A DNA stretch of 64,000 nt from Solirubrobacterales bacterium (GCA_038260305.1 JBBSNY010000010.1:582-64581), one strand, 5' to 3'. Counted from the first letter of the stretch, positions 25,820 through 35,408 are shown. Translations and numbers: made by a program. The notes: generated by a model from the letters alone, not told the origin.

Positions 25820-26755
25820 TTGAGCGTCCGGCGCGCCGACCACGCCCCCGCCGCGCCCGCGACCGACGGGCGCGGCGACGGGCGTCTCACGCTCGACCGG
25901 CTCACGCGGCCGCAGGACCCGGTCGAGGTCGTCCTCTTCGACACCCTCGACGTCGGCAGCGACGGCGTCGACGGCATCCGTGAGCCCCATCGCCACGACT
26001 ACCACGAGCTCATCTGGACGCATGCGGGCTCGGGGCATCACCTGCTCGACAACCGCACCGTCCCCGTCGTGGCCGGCACGATCACGGTCATCGGCCGCGG
26101 CCAGGTGCACGTCTTCGAACGCGCCGAGGGCCTGCGCGGGGCCGCCGTGCGCTTCGGCGAGGAGCTCCTGCACGAGGGCCCGATCGCGCGTGCCGACCCC
26201 GCCTGGCTGCTCGGCGGCTGCGGCGGCTGGAACGTCACCGTTCCGCGCAGCCACTACAGCGCGCTGGAGGCAATGATCGGCGCGCTCGCCGCGGAGACGA
26301 AGGGCCCCCTCGACGCCCGCAGCGCCGACCTCCAGCGCCACCTGCTGTCGGTCCTGCTGCTGTGGATCGAGCGCTGGTACGACGGTGAGCGCACCGAGCG
26401 CCGCGACGGCAACGACGCCGCGCTCGAACTCTTTCGTCGCTTCTCGCGCGTGCTCGAACGCGATTTCGCCGCCCACCACGACGCCGGCCACTACGCCGAC
26501 GCACTGGCGATGCCGCCGGCGGCGCTGTCGCACGCGCTCAGCCAGGTCGTCGGGCGCTCGACGAAGGAGCTCGTCACCGACCGGGTGATGATGGAGGCGA
26601 CGCGCCTGCTGACGTTCACGGATCGCACGATCGGCGAGGTCGCCTTCCAGACCGGCTTCGGCGACCCGCTGTACTTCTCGCGCGCGTTCAAGCGCCACAC
26701 CGGTGAGCCGCCGACGGCGTTTCGCGACCGTACGCGCGGCGTAGCTCCGGCGTGA
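25820..26755 (+). CDS. AraC-family transcriptional regulator (cupin + HTH)
   Basis: ORF 25820..26755(+), TTG start uncertain. Cupin region HRHDYHELIW. The C-terminal AraC HTH is ELVTDRVMMEATRLLTFTDRTIGEVAFQTGFGDPLYFSRAFKRHTGEPP. Confidence 0.85.
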   Translation: MSVRRADHAPAAPATDGRGDGRLTLDRLTRPQDPVEVVLFDTLDVGSDGVDGIREPHRHDYHELIWTHAGSGHHLLDNRTVPVVAGTITVIGRGQVHVFERAEGLRGAAVRFGEELLHEGPIARADPAWLLGGCGGWNVTVPRSHYSALEAMIGALAAETKGPLDARSADLQRHLLSVLLLWIERWYDGERTERRDGNDAALELFRRFSRVLERDFAAHHDAGHYADALAMPPAALSHALSQVVGRSTKELVTDRVMMEATRLLTFTDRTIGEVAFQTGFGDPLYFSRAFKRHTGEPPTAFRDRTRGVAPA

Positions 26756-26891
26756 ACCAAGCCGTTCCCGGCTCCGTCCCCGGTCCTCCGGAGACCCCGA
26801 GCCGCCGCCGCGAGCGAGGCGCCACGCGATGTCCATGCATCCGCGACATCGAGCCATGGAACATCGCTCCCTCGAAGCGGAGGATGTTGGC

Positions 26892-27800
26892 ATGAGCACA
26901 ACCACGACCCCCACAGAACAGATCGTTCCGACCCTCCCCGACACGCTGCGCCTCGGCCCGACGCACCTCACCGTCTCCAACCTCGACGGCTCGATCGCCT
27001 TCTACGAGCGCACGCTCGGCCTCCAGGTCCACGCCCGCAGCGCCGACGCGGCGTCGCTCGGCAGCGGCGGCGAGGACCTGCTCGTCCTCACCGGCGTGCC
27101 CGGCGCCGGACTCGGCGGGCGCCACGCCGGCCTGTACCACTACGCCCTGCTGTACCCCACGCGCGCGGACCTCGCGCGCGCCATCGTGCGCCTCGCCGAG
27201 ACGGGCACCCGCATCGAGGGCGCATCGGACCACGGCGTCTCCGAGGCGATCTACCTGCGCGACCCCGACGACAACGGCATCGAGCTCTACGTCGACCGCC
27301 CGCGCGCGGACTGGCCGGCGCCGCGCCACCCCGACGAGCGCGTCGCGATGTACACGATCGCGCTCGACATGGCGGCGCTGCTGGAGACCGTCCATGGCGA
27401 GGCGCCGCAGCCCGTCGCGGGCCCCGGCATCCGCACCGGCCATCTGCACCTCCACGTCGCGAACGTCGAGCGCGGACTCGCCTTCTACCGCGACGTGCTC
27501 GGCTTCGAGATCATGGTGCAACTGCCCTCGGCGGTGTTCATGTCGGCCGGCGGCTACCACCATCACGTCGGCTGCAACGTCTGGCTCGGCAACGACGTCA
27601 AGCCGCGCCCGGAGAACAGCGCCGGGCTGCGCCAGTGGACCGTCTACCTCGCGACCGCGGCGGACGTCGAGGCCGTGCGCGCCCGCGTCGAGGCGGCGGG
27701 GCTGGCGCTGGAGGATCACGGCAACGGCTTCCTCACGCGCGATCCGTCGCAGACCGCGGTCGTCTTCGAGGTGGCGCCCGACCAGGCAGCGACCGCGTAG
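26892..27800 (+). CDS. VOC/glyoxalase-family protein (two-domain extradiol dioxygenase-like)
   Basis: ORF 26829..27800(+), trimmed to ATG 26892 (MSTTTTPTEQ). Two VOC repeats: HLTVSNLDGSIAFYERTLGL...SDHGVSEAIYLRDPDDNGIELY, and HLHLHVANVERGLAFYRDVLGFE...FLTRDPSQTAVVF. Confidence 0.85.
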   Translation: MSTTTTPTEQIVPTLPDTLRLGPTHLTVSNLDGSIAFYERTLGLQVHARSADAASLGSGGEDLLVLTGVPGAGLGGRHAGLYHYALLYPTRADLARAIVRLAETGTRIEGASDHGVSEAIYLRDPDDNGIELYVDRPRADWPAPRHPDERVAMYTIALDMAALLETVHGEAPQPVAGPGIRTGHLHLHVANVERGLAFYRDVLGFEIMVQLPSAVFMSAGGYHHHVGCNVWLGNDVKPRPENSAGLRQWTVYLATAADVEAVRARVEAAGLALEDHGNGFLTRDPSQTAVVFEVAPDQAATA

Positions 27801-27883
27801 GCCGCGGCGCGACCTTTGCTCGCCGTCGTCGTTGCCTTCGTGCAGATGACCGCGCAGTCACCACTCCGCATTGAGGAGCACCC

Positions 27884-28186
27884 ATGAAGACCGCTGTCCT
27901 GACGATCCTCGCCACCGTTGCGTTCATGGGGCTGTATGCCGCCCCCGGAATCGCCGCGGTCCGCGACTGCCACACGTACTCCGACAAGCCGAACACGCTG
28001 ATCAGCTCGGCGCGCAACATGACCTGTGGCCAAGCGGTGCGGGTCATGCGCGGCTATCACGGCCAGATCTCCCGCCGCTTCCATGTGGCTCGCTTCACCT
28101 GCATCCGTCAGAGCGGCGGGCAGTTCGGCGGGCAGTGGCGTTGCTCGGCGGGCGGGAAAGCGTTTCGCTTCGAGTTCAAGGACTGA
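27884..28186 (+). CDS. small secreted Cys-containing protein, unknown function
   Basis: ORF 27884..28186(+). GAGGAG lies 5 nt upstream of the ATG. Signal peptide MKTAVLTILATVAFMGLYAAPGIAA. Four Cys. Confidence 0.6.
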   Translation: MKTAVLTILATVAFMGLYAAPGIAAVRDCHTYSDKPNTLISSARNMTCGQAVRVMRGYHGQISRRFHVARFTCIRQSGGQFGGQWRCSAGGKAFRFEFKD

Positions 28187-28318
28187 GTCCTTCGCGGCGG
28201 CGGCCCGTCAGGCCGCGAGCGCGGGCCGCTCAAGCGCGGTCCGCGTGCGCCGGCGAGGCTAGCCGACGGGCGCCCGCGCCGAACGTTGTGTGAGCACCTG
28301 CACACGTCGCGGCGGTGG

Positions 28319-28490
28319 TCACGCCTCGAGCTGTCCGAACGCCGCCAGCAGCACGGCGTTCACGCCCGCGACGGCGGCGAACAGGCCGGCGGCCAGCGGG
28401 CGCCGACGCTCGCGCCGCCGTAGGCGAGCGCCGCGAGCGCGGCGAGCTCGAGGACGAACTTCAGCGCGAGGTTCGCTGCCCTGATCGCCG
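28319..28490 (-). pseudogene. possible frameshifted remnant of a DUF2568-like small membrane protein
   Basis: MAAIRAANLALKFVLELAALAALAYGGASVG stops after a frame change. The hydrophobic continuation PLAAGLFAAVAGVNAVLLAAFGQLEA* is in the adjacent frame (ORFs 28360..28716 and 28319..28726). Family recognised from memory only. Confidence 0.3.
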
Positions 28491-28694
28491 CCATGTTCCA
28501 CATGCTCGCTGCTACGGCGGCGGCACGCGAGGGCGGAGAGGCCGCCGGACGCGCTCGCGCTGCAGGGCAGCGAGGGCTCCGAGCGCGACCTGCGAGTCGT
28601 GTCGCATGGGCGTCTGCTTGACACCCCGATCCGGGAGCCCATGCGTTCGGGGATCTGCGGCCAGCGCGGACGTTCGCGGTGCGCGGCGCCGACA

Positions 28695-28714
28695 GGCACG
28701 GCTGGAGCCGTGCC
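28695..28714 (-). terminator. hairpin just 3' of tRNA-Leu(TAG)
   Basis: ggcacggct-gg-agccgtgcc, a perfect 9-bp stem, 13 nt beyond the tRNA 3' end. No clear U-tract. Confidence 0.4.
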
Positions 28715-28727
28715 AATCAGCACCAAA

Positions 28728-28809
28728 TGCGGGCGGAGGGACTCGAACCCCCATAGCTTTCGCCACCGGCACCTAAAGCCGGCGTGTCTACCAATTCCAC
28801 CACGCCCGC
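28728..28809 (-). tRNA. tRNA-Leu (anticodon TAG)
   Basis: Reverse strand: GCGGGCGTGGTGGAATTGGTAGACACGCCGGCTTTAGGTGCCGGTGGCGAAAGCTATGGGGGTTCGAGTCCCTCCGCCCGCA. Anticodon arm CCGGC-TTTAGGT-GCCGG. Long variable arm. Confidence 0.9.
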
Positions 28810-28852
28810 AAGGTCGCCTGCCGGGGCCGCTCCCCCTCGGTCACGGGATTGT

Positions 28853-29332
28853 ATGTTGGCTGACGGCATGGCCCATCGAGCGACGGTCATCGAGCATCCC
28901 AACCGCGACGCGCCGGCGTCGCGCGCCACGCAGGCGGCGGTCGTCGCGCTCCTGCTCGCGAGCGCGGCCGTGCTCGTGATCGTCACGGTCGGCGGCTGGT
29001 CGCGCATCCAGGGCGCGAAGTCGGTGCAGATCGCGTTCATCCTCGTGTATGTCGCGATGGCGTTCTACGTCGGACGCTGGCGCAGCGGCGTGCTGCCGGT
29101 CGCCGCGGCGTTCGCGATCGTGCTCGCGATGTTCGCCGCGATCAGCGCGCCCGGCTGGTTCGCACGCAACGGGACGGGCTTCGATGACCCGCTGCTCGAC
29201 GCGGGCCTCGTCGGCGTCCTGACCGTGCTGCTCGTGCCGCTGCAGATCGCGCTGATCCTGTTCGCGGCGCGCGGCTTCTCGCAGCGCTGGAGCGTCGAGG
29301 TCGAGCGCCCCGCGGGTGCCGCGCTCGCGTAA
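28853..29332 (+). CDS. integral membrane protein, unknown function
   Basis: ORF 28784..29332(+), trimmed past the tRNA overlap to ATG 28853 (ATG 28868 also possible). About 4 predicted TM helices (AAVVALLLASAAVLVIVTV, IAFILVYVAMAFYV, VAAAFAIVLAMFAAI, LVGVLTVLLVPLQIALILFA). Confidence 0.6.
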   Translation: MLADGMAHRATVIEHPNRDAPASRATQAAVVALLLASAAVLVIVTVGGWSRIQGAKSVQIAFILVYVAMAFYVGRWRSGVLPVAAAFAIVLAMFAAISAPGWFARNGTGFDDPLLDAGLVGVLTVLLVPLQIALILFAARGFSQRWSVEVERPAGAALA

Positions 29333-29366
29333 CGGCCCCCGCCGGGCCTACAATCGAGCACCCCAC

Positions 29367-29450
29367 GCCCGGGTGCTGGAATTGGAATACAGGATCGGCT
29401 CAAAACCGATTGCCCGTGAGGGATTGTGGGTTCGAGTCCCACCCCGGGTA
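29367..29450 (+). tRNA. tRNA-Leu (anticodon CAA)
   Basis: GCCCGGGTGCTGGAATTGGAATACAGGATCGGCTCAAAACCGATTGCCCGTGAGGGATTGTGGGTTCGAGTCCCACCCCGGGTA. Anticodon arm ATCGG-CTCAAAA-CCGAT. Long variable arm. G1-U72 wobble in the acceptor stem. Confidence 0.85.
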
Positions 29451-29455
29451 CTGCA

Positions 29456-29866
29456 CTACACGCTGACGAGCACCAGCCGGGGGTCGAGCGCAGCAAGATC
29501 TCCGGGATCGCTCGTCACGACGGTATGGTCGCGAGCGCGAGCGCAAATGACGACGGACGCATCGACGATGTCGGTCGTGCCCGCGTTTGCGCAGAGCGCT
29601 CCCACGGCGCGCGCTTCCGGTTCGTCCAAAGCGATCACGCTGACGGCCTCCACCGCGAGGAATCTGGCAAGTCGGGCCTGCCGACTCGACCCCCTCCATG
29701 CCTGCGCCACGACCCCGGCCGGCACGGCGATCTCGAAGCCCGAGATCGCGGCCTCGGCGAGCAACGCCCGGAGATAGGGGTCGGCTCGTTCGATCGCGAT
29801 CAGCGCACCGGTGTCGAGGGTGATGCCCGGCAAGGTCAGTCGAGGCCGAGCGCTTGCCGCGCCCAT
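29456..29866 (-). CDS. vapC: PIN-domain toxin VapC
   Basis: Tail of ORF 29456..30565(-), from ATG 29866: ...ITLDTGALIAIERADP...IDASVVICARARDHTVVTSDPGDL. The start may instead be TTG 29833 next to the vapB stop. Confidence 0.8.
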   Translation of the reverse strand: MGAASARPRLTLPGITLDTGALIAIERADPYLRALLAEAAISGFEIAVPAGVVAQAWRGSSRQARLARFLAVEAVSVIALDEPEARAVGALCANAGTTDIVDASVVICARARDHTVVTSDPGDLAALDPRLVLVSV

Positions 29867-30063
29867 GCCCTGTGTTCTTCGGTTGGCGGTCCCGCCTCCG
29901 CGGACATCTCCGCGAGGAGCTCGGTCAGTCCGTCGTAGCGCCGACGTTGCTGCATCGCACCGGCGATGAAGGCAGACACCGACGCCGCGCGACCGTCGGC
30001 CACGGCCTGCCGCGCGTCCTCGACGAGCTCGTCCGGGAGGCTCACGGCGATCTTGATGGTCAT
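29836..30063 (-). CDS. vapB: ribbon-helix-helix (CopG/VapB-type) antitoxin
   Basis: ORF 29836..30063(-). MTIKIAVSLPDELVEDARQAVADGRAASVSAFIAGAM shows the RHH beta-strand plus helices. Directly upstream of vapC. Confidence 0.8.
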   Translation of the reverse strand: MTIKIAVSLPDELVEDARQAVADGRAASVSAFIAGAMQQRRRYDGLTELLAEMSAEAGPPTEEHRAWARQALGLD

Positions 30064-30090
30064 ACCGCGAGCATACCGCCCGTGACCGGC

Positions 30091-30879
30091 CTACGTCACG
30101 AGCGACTCGAGCTCGTCGATGAGCCCCGGCGGGGCGACGACGAGCCCGCCCGGCACGTCGCCGACGGCGTCCAGCGGGCGCACGACGAGGCCTGCGCGCT
30201 CGCACAGCAGCGCGCCCGCGGCGATGTCCCAGATGTGCACGCCGCGCTCGTAGAAGCAGTCGTAGCGCCCGGCGGCCGTCCACGCGAGGTCGAGCGCCGC
30301 GCTGCCCATGCGACGCACGTCGCGCACGACGGGCAGCAGACGCGCGACGACCGCCGCCTGCAGCTCGCGCACCGACGCCTCGTAGGCGAAGCCCGTCGCC
30401 ACGAGCGAGGAAGCCAGGTCGGCCCGCGCAGAGCCGCTCAAGGGCGTGCCGTCGAGCGTCGCGGCCCCGCCGCGCTCGGCGGCGAAGATCTCGTCGCGCA
30501 GGGGATCGAAGACGACCCCCGCGAGGCCGCCGTCGGCGTCGTGGACGGCGACGCTGACGCACCACTGCGGAATGCCGAAGAGGAAGTTCACGGTGCCGTC
30601 GAGCGGGTCGACGATCCAGCGCAGCCCCTCCCCCGCCTGCGTCTCGCCGCCCTCCTCTCCGAGGATCGCGTCGCCCGGCCGCCGCAGCGCCAGGAGTTCG
30701 CGGATCGCCCGCTCGGCCTCGAGATCGGCCTGCGAGACGACGTCGGTCGCCGAGCTCTTCGTGCCGACCGCCTGCTCGCCGCCGGCGACGACCCTCAGCC
30801 GCAGCAGCTCACCGGCGGCGCGAGCGCACTCGGCCGCGACGACCCGCAGCGCGGTCGGGGTCGCGTCGCTCAAGCTCAA
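30091..30879 (-). CDS. inositol monophosphatase family protein
   Basis: Tail of the artefactual ORF 30091..33966(-). TTG 30879 overlaps the amidase stop (TTGA). Motifs: ILGEEGG, WIVDPLDGTVNF, WDIAAGALL. Confidence 0.9.
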   Translation of the reverse strand: MSLSDATPTALRVVAAECARAAGELLRLRVVAGGEQAVGTKSSATDVVSQADLEAERAIRELLALRRPGDAILGEEGGETQAGEGLRWIVDPLDGTVNFLFGIPQWCVSVAVHDADGGLAGVVFDPLRDEIFAAERGGAATLDGTPLSGSARADLASSLVATGFAYEASVRELQAAVVARLLPVVRDVRRMGSAALDLAWTAAGRYDCFYERGVHIWDIAAGALLCERAGLVVRPLDAVGDVPGGLVVAPPGLIDELESLVT

Positions 30880-32258
30880 GAGACCGGCGGGCGCGCGCCG
30901 GCCCACGGGCGCGCGGCTTCGATCTGTGCCGCGAGCGCAAGCAGCGTCGGCTCGGAGTCCGGGCGCCCGCAGAGCTGGACCGACAGCGGCAGGCCGCCGG
31001 CATCGAAGCCCGCCGGCACCGCGGCCGCCGGGTTGCCGATGTGGTTCCACAGCGGGTTGAAGGCGACGAAGCCGGCCGCGCCGTTGAAGGTCCGCAGCGC
31101 GCCGGCACCCTCGAAGCGACCCACCTTCAAGGGCGCCGCGGTCAGCGTCGGTGTCAGGACGACGTCGACGTCGTCGAAGATCGCGTTGATCCGCGCCGCG
31201 TCGCGATCCTGCGCGGCGACCGCACGCGACAGCAGCGGCCGCGCGGCGGCGCCCATCCGCACCATCCCGCGCGTGCGCTTCTCGAGCCGCGAGCGGTCGG
31301 GCACCGTCTGGGCCTCGAGCCAGGTCCCCGCGAGGTAGCGCACGATGACGTTGCGCCCGATGAGCCCGTAGCTCGGGGAGCGCTCGACGACCTCGTGGCC
31401 GAGCGAGCGCAACAGCTCCGCGGTCTCCAGCGTCGCGCGCTTCTGGTCCTTGCCGAGCCGGGCGACCGCGCCCGGCGGGATCTTCGTCGTCAGCGCGATC
31501 TTCAGCTTGCCGGGCTCGCGGGCCGCCGCGGCGACCCACGGCTCGCCCGTCGCGACCTCGTACAGCAGCGCGCTGTCGGCGACCGAGCGGGTCAGGAAGC
31601 CGAACACGCTCAGCCCCGTCCAGACGTCGCCGAGCGGCGCCGTCGACACGCGACCGCGCTGGGTCTTCAGGCCGAACAGGCCGCAGCAGGCAGCCGGGAT
31701 GCGGATCGAGCCGGCGCCGTCGGACGCCGTCGCGGCCGGAACCAGCGCGCCCGCGACCGCCGACGCCGAGCCGCCACTCGAGCCGCCCGGCGAACGCCCG
31801 AGGTCCCAGGGATTGCGGGTCGCACCGCCGTGGGCGGTCTCCGTGAAGGGCCACAGCATGAGCTCCGGCGTGCGGGTGACGCCGATCACGATCGCGCCGG
31901 CCGCGCGCAGCCGGCGCACGAGCTCGCCGTCCTCGGTCTCCGCGGCGCCGTGCGCGTTTGAGCCACGCACGCGCGGGGTGCCCGCGACCGGCATGTCGTC
32001 CTTGACGGCGATCGGGACGCCGAGCAGCGGGCGGTCGCCGCCGCCGCGGGCGCGGCCCGTCGCCTGGTCGGCCTCGAGCAGCGCTCGCTCGGAGAAGACC
32101 ACGCGAAACGCGTTGAGCTGCGGATCGAGCGCGGCGATCCGTTCGAGCGCGGTCTCGACGAGCTCGGGCGGCGTGACCTCGCCGCGGCGCACGAGCTCGG
32201 CTTGGCGCGCGACGCCGGCGAAGGCAAGATCGCGTCGCTCGCTGGAGGTGGCGGCCAT
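30876..32258 (-). CDS. amidase (amidase-signature family)
   Basis: ORF 30876..32258(-). GVPIAVKDD and the AS signature GGSSGGSASAVAGALVPAATASDGAGSIRIPAACCG. Confidence 0.9.
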   Translation of the reverse strand: MAATSSERRDLAFAGVARQAELVRRGEVTPPELVETALERIAALDPQLNAFRVVFSERALLEADQATGRARGGGDRPLLGVPIAVKDDMPVAGTPRVRGSNAHGAAETEDGELVRRLRAAGAIVIGVTRTPELMLWPFTETAHGGATRNPWDLGRSPGGSSGGSASAVAGALVPAATASDGAGSIRIPAACCGLFGLKTQRGRVSTAPLGDVWTGLSVFGFLTRSVADSALLYEVATGEPWVAAAAREPGKLKIALTTKIPPGAVARLGKDQKRATLETAELLRSLGHEVVERSPSYGLIGRNVIVRYLAGTWLEAQTVPDRSRLEKRTRGMVRMGAAARPLLSRAVAAQDRDAARINAIFDDVDVVLTPTLTAAPLKVGRFEGAGALRTFNGAAGFVAFNPLWNHIGNPAAAVPAGFDAGGLPLSVQLCGRPDSEPTLLALAAQIEAARPWAGARPPVS

Positions 32259-32364
32259 CGCAACGACAGACTAATCGCCGCGGACCTGACGCCACGATCG
32301 GGGGACCCGCTGTGTGACGGATGTCGTGTTGACGCGCCAACTCGCACGTGAGACGGTCGACGAC

Positions 32365-32937
32365 ATGAGCACCTATCCGGTCGTCTACGAGCAGTCCCCG
32401 TCCATCGAGCGCAATCGCCTGACGGTCTTCTTCCGTCTCTTCATGGTGATCCCGCATGCCATCGTGAGCATCTTCTACGGATTCGCCGCCTACGTCGTGG
32501 TGTTCCTCGCCTGGTTCGCGATCCTCTTCACCGGGCGCTACCCGGTCGGCATGTACAACTTCGTCGCCGGCTACCTGCGCTTCCTGACGCGCTACAACGC
32601 CTACACGTACCTCGTCACCGACGTCTTCCCGCCGTTCGACGGCGCGGAGCACCCCGAGTACCCGGTGGCGCTGCACATCCCCGCGACGCCGAAGCCGAGC
32701 TACAGCCGCCTGACGACGTTCTTTCGCTTCATCCTCATGATCCCGGTCGTCGTGCTGCTGTACATCTTCTCGATCTGGGTCGAGCTGCTCGCGATCGTGA
32801 TCTGGTTCGTCGCGGTGATCATGGGCAAGGTGTCGCCGGGCCTCGTCGGCGCGCTGGGCTTCCCGCTGGCCTACATCGCCCGCGCCGGGGCCTACGGCAC
32901 GCTGATCACGGACGCATGGCCACCGCTCGAGGCCTGA
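32365..32937 (+). CDS. DUF4389-like membrane protein
   Basis: ORF 32314..32937(+), start taken at ATG 32365 (MSTYPVVYEQ). RNRLTVFFRLFMVIPHAIV...FAILFTGRYPVGMYNF...YLVTDVFPPF, with the pattern repeated in the second half. Confidence 0.7.
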   Translation: MSTYPVVYEQSPSIERNRLTVFFRLFMVIPHAIVSIFYGFAAYVVVFLAWFAILFTGRYPVGMYNFVAGYLRFLTRYNAYTYLVTDVFPPFDGAEHPEYPVALHIPATPKPSYSRLTTFFRFILMIPVVVLLYIFSIWVELLAIVIWFVAVIMGKVSPGLVGALGFPLAYIARAGAYGTLITDAWPPLEA

Positions 32938-32977
32938 CCGCTGGCCCGGCGCGCCGGCCGACCTATCCTCCTCTGCA

Positions 32978-33757
32978 ATGGACCTCGTCCTGCAGGAGGA
33001 TCGCGGTGCGGTCCGCCACATCGTCCTCAACCGGCCGCACAAGCGCAACGCGCTGAACACCGAGCTCATCAAGCGGCTCGGGGAGGCGCTGCGCACGGCC
33101 GCCGCCGACACGTCGGTGCGCTGCGTCGTCTTGAGCGGCGCCGGGACGATGTTCTCCAGCGGCATGGACTCCGGGGAGCTTGGCGCGATCGCCGAGGACC
33201 CGGAGAACCTGCGCGAATGGCGCGAGCGGATCATGTCGATCTGGAACCTCTGTGAGCGGATGGCGAAGCCGACGATCGCGCAGATCCACGGCGCCTGCCT
33301 TGGCGGCGCCGCGGAGCTCGCGCTCGCGTGCGACCTGCGGGTCATGGCCGACGACGCGGTGATCGGCCTCGTCGAGACCCGCATCGGCCTGATTCCCGAT
33401 CTCGGCGGCTGCTCGCGGCTGCCCGCGATCGTCGGTCTCGGGCGTGCGAAGGAGCTCATCATGTGCTCGAAGTTCGTCGACGGGACCGAGGCCGAGCGGA
33501 TCGGCCTCGCCAACCGCGTCACCCCCGCGGCGGAGCTCGATGCGGCGACCGGCCTGCTCGTCGGGGAGCTCTTGACGTGCGCGCCGCTCGCGGTCGGCCT
33601 CGCGAAGGGGATCATCGACGCGTCGGCGCTGCCGGCGCTCGACGAGACACTCGAGCAGGAGGTCACGGCCCAGGAGCTGTGCGTCACGAGCGAGGATTTT
33701 CGCGAGGGCGTGCTCGCGTTCGCCGAGCGCCGACCACCGCACTTCAGCGGCCGCTGA
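32978..33757 (+). CDS. enoyl-CoA hydratase/isomerase (crotonase) family protein
   Basis: ORF 32978..33757(+). Matching stretches: VLSGAGTMFSSGMD, KPTIAQIHGACLGGAAELALACDLRV, RAKELIMCSKFVDGTEAERIGLANRV. Confidence 0.9.
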   Translation: MDLVLQEDRGAVRHIVLNRPHKRNALNTELIKRLGEALRTAAADTSVRCVVLSGAGTMFSSGMDSGELGAIAEDPENLREWRERIMSIWNLCERMAKPTIAQIHGACLGGAAELALACDLRVMADDAVIGLVETRIGLIPDLGGCSRLPAIVGLGRAKELIMCSKFVDGTEAERIGLANRVTPAAELDAATGLLVGELLTCAPLAVGLAKGIIDASALPALDETLEQEVTAQELCVTSEDFREGVLAFAERRPPHFSGR

Positions 33758-33798
33758 GCACGGGCCCCGTCGGGAGGGCCGGTTATGCTCGGTAGCGC

Positions 33799-34500
33799 TT
33801 GCCCGAGCCGGTCTCCATCATCGGCGCCTCTGGTGCCCTCGGCTTCGGTCTGGCCGTGCGACTCGCACGGGCCGGCTGCGAAGTCGTCATCGGCTCGCGC
33901 GAAATCGATCGCGCCGCTGAGGCGGTCGCGCGCGCCCACGCAGCCGTGCCGGGAGCGACGTTCCACGCCGCATCCAACGCCGACGCCGCCGCGGCGAACG
34001 AGCTACTGATTCTCACGGTCCCGTTTCGCAATCAGGCCGAGACGCTGCACAACGTCCGCGACGTGTTGCGGACGGGCCAGCTGCTGATCGACGCGACCGT
34101 GCCGCTCGCGGCCGCCGTCGGTGGCAAGGCGACGCGGACGATCGGCGTCTGGCAGGGCTCGGCGGCGCAGCAGGCGCAGGAGCTGACCCCCGACGGCGTC
34201 AACGTCGTCAGCGCGCTGCACACCATCAGCGCGCGGTCGTTGCGCGATCTCGACAACGCGCTCGACGAGGACGTCCTCCTCGCGGGTGACCGGCGTGCCG
34301 ACAAGGCCCGTGTGGCCGCGCTGCTCGACAGCATCGACGGGCTGCGCTGTGTCGACTGCGGCCGCCTGGAGATGGCGCGTCTCACCGAGCAGCTGACGGC
34401 GCTCATGATCTCGATCAACGTGCGCTACAAAACACACGCCGGGGCGAAGATCACGGGGCTGCCCGACAACCTGTGGCCCGTGGCCACGTCGGCGCAGTGA
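33799..34500 (+). CDS. npdG: NADPH-dependent F420 reductase
   Basis: ORF 33799..34500(+). Rossmann motif VSIIGASGALGFGLAVRLARAG. Its context is directly upstream of cofD/cofC/cofE. Confidence 0.8.
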   Translation: MPEPVSIIGASGALGFGLAVRLARAGCEVVIGSREIDRAAEAVARAHAAVPGATFHAASNADAAAANELLILTVPFRNQAETLHNVRDVLRTGQLLIDATVPLAAAVGGKATRTIGVWQGSAAQQAQELTPDGVNVVSALHTISARSLRDLDNALDEDVLLAGDRRADKARVAALLDSIDGLRCVDCGRLEMARLTEQLTALMISINVRYKTHAGAKITGLPDNLWPVATSAQ

Positions 34501-35408
34501 TGGCGACCGCGGTCGTGGTGCTGGCGGGTGGAAGCGGCGGTGCGAAGCTCGCGCGCGGGATGCTCGACATCGTCGGCGACGGCCTCACGATCATCGCCAA
34601 CACCGCCGACGACATCGTGATCTACGGGGCCTACGTCAGCCCGGATCCTGACCTCTGCACGTTCTGGCTCGCCGACCTCATCGACGAGCGCGGCTGGGGC
34701 CTGCGCGACGACAGCTTCGCCGTCATGGACGCGCTGCGCGGGCTCGGCGGCGACGTCTGGTTCAATCTCGGCGACCGCGACCTCGCGATCGGCATCGAGC
34801 GCTCGCGACGCCTCGGCGAGGGCGCCTCGCTGACCGAGGTGCTGGTCGAGCTCGGCGCGGCGCTCGGCATCGCAGGTCGCGTGTTGCCGATGTGCGACGA
34901 GCCCGTCCGGACGTGGGTCCTCGCCCGCGACGCGTGGACGCCGTTTCAGGAGTTCATGATCCGCGAGGGCGGCGCTGGGCCGATCGACGACATGCAGCTT
35001 CGAGGGATCGAGGCCGCGCGAGCGACCCCCGAGGCGCTTGCGGCGATCGCCGCCGCCGACGCGATCGTCATCGGTCCGTCCAATCCAGTCATCTCGATCG
35101 GGCCTATCCTCGCAGTAGGAGACATGCGTCAGGCCATGATCGATAGCCCCGCCCCCGTCGTCGCGGTCTCGCCGCTCGTTGACGGCGCCGTCGTCAAGGG
35201 CCCGACCGAGGCGTTCATGCGGTGGGCCGGCTATCCGCTTACGACGGCCGCGATCGCCGCGACGTACGCGGGCCTCATCGACGGCCTCGTCGCCGACGAG
35301 GCCGTCGACGACCTGCCGGTCCTGCGCACCGACACGCTCATGCGCGACGCAGACGACCGCCGCCGCGTCGCTGCGGAGACGCTGCGTTTCGCCGAGGGCC
35401 TCGCCTGA
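34500..35408 (+). CDS. cofD: 2-phospho-L-lactate transferase (F420 biosynthesis)
   Basis: ORF 34473..35408(+). ATG 34500 overlaps the npdG stop by 1 nt. Matching stretches: VVVLAGGSGGAKLARG, IANTADD, ISIGPIL. Confidence 0.9.
   Translation: MATAVVVLAGGSGGAKLARGMLDIVGDGLTIIANTADDIVIYGAYVSPDPDLCTFWLADLIDERGWGLRDDSFAVMDALRGLGGDVWFNLGDRDLAIGIERSRRLGEGASLTEVLVELGAALGIAGRVLPMCDEPVRTWVLARDAWTPFQEFMIREGGAGPIDDMQLRGIEAARATPEALAAIAAADAIVIGPSNPVISIGPILAVGDMRQAMIDSPAPVVAVSPLVDGAVVKGPTEAFMRWAGYPLTTAAIAATYAGLIDGLVADEAVDDLPVLRTDTLMRDADDRRRVAAETLRFAEGLA

Noticed and set aside
30091-33966. 1291-aa - strand ORF
   Set aside because: Only its last 262 codons (inositol monophosphatase) are credible. Upstream it runs out of frame through the amidase gene (also on the minus strand) and antisense through two plus-strand genes (DUF4389, enoyl-CoA hydratase).
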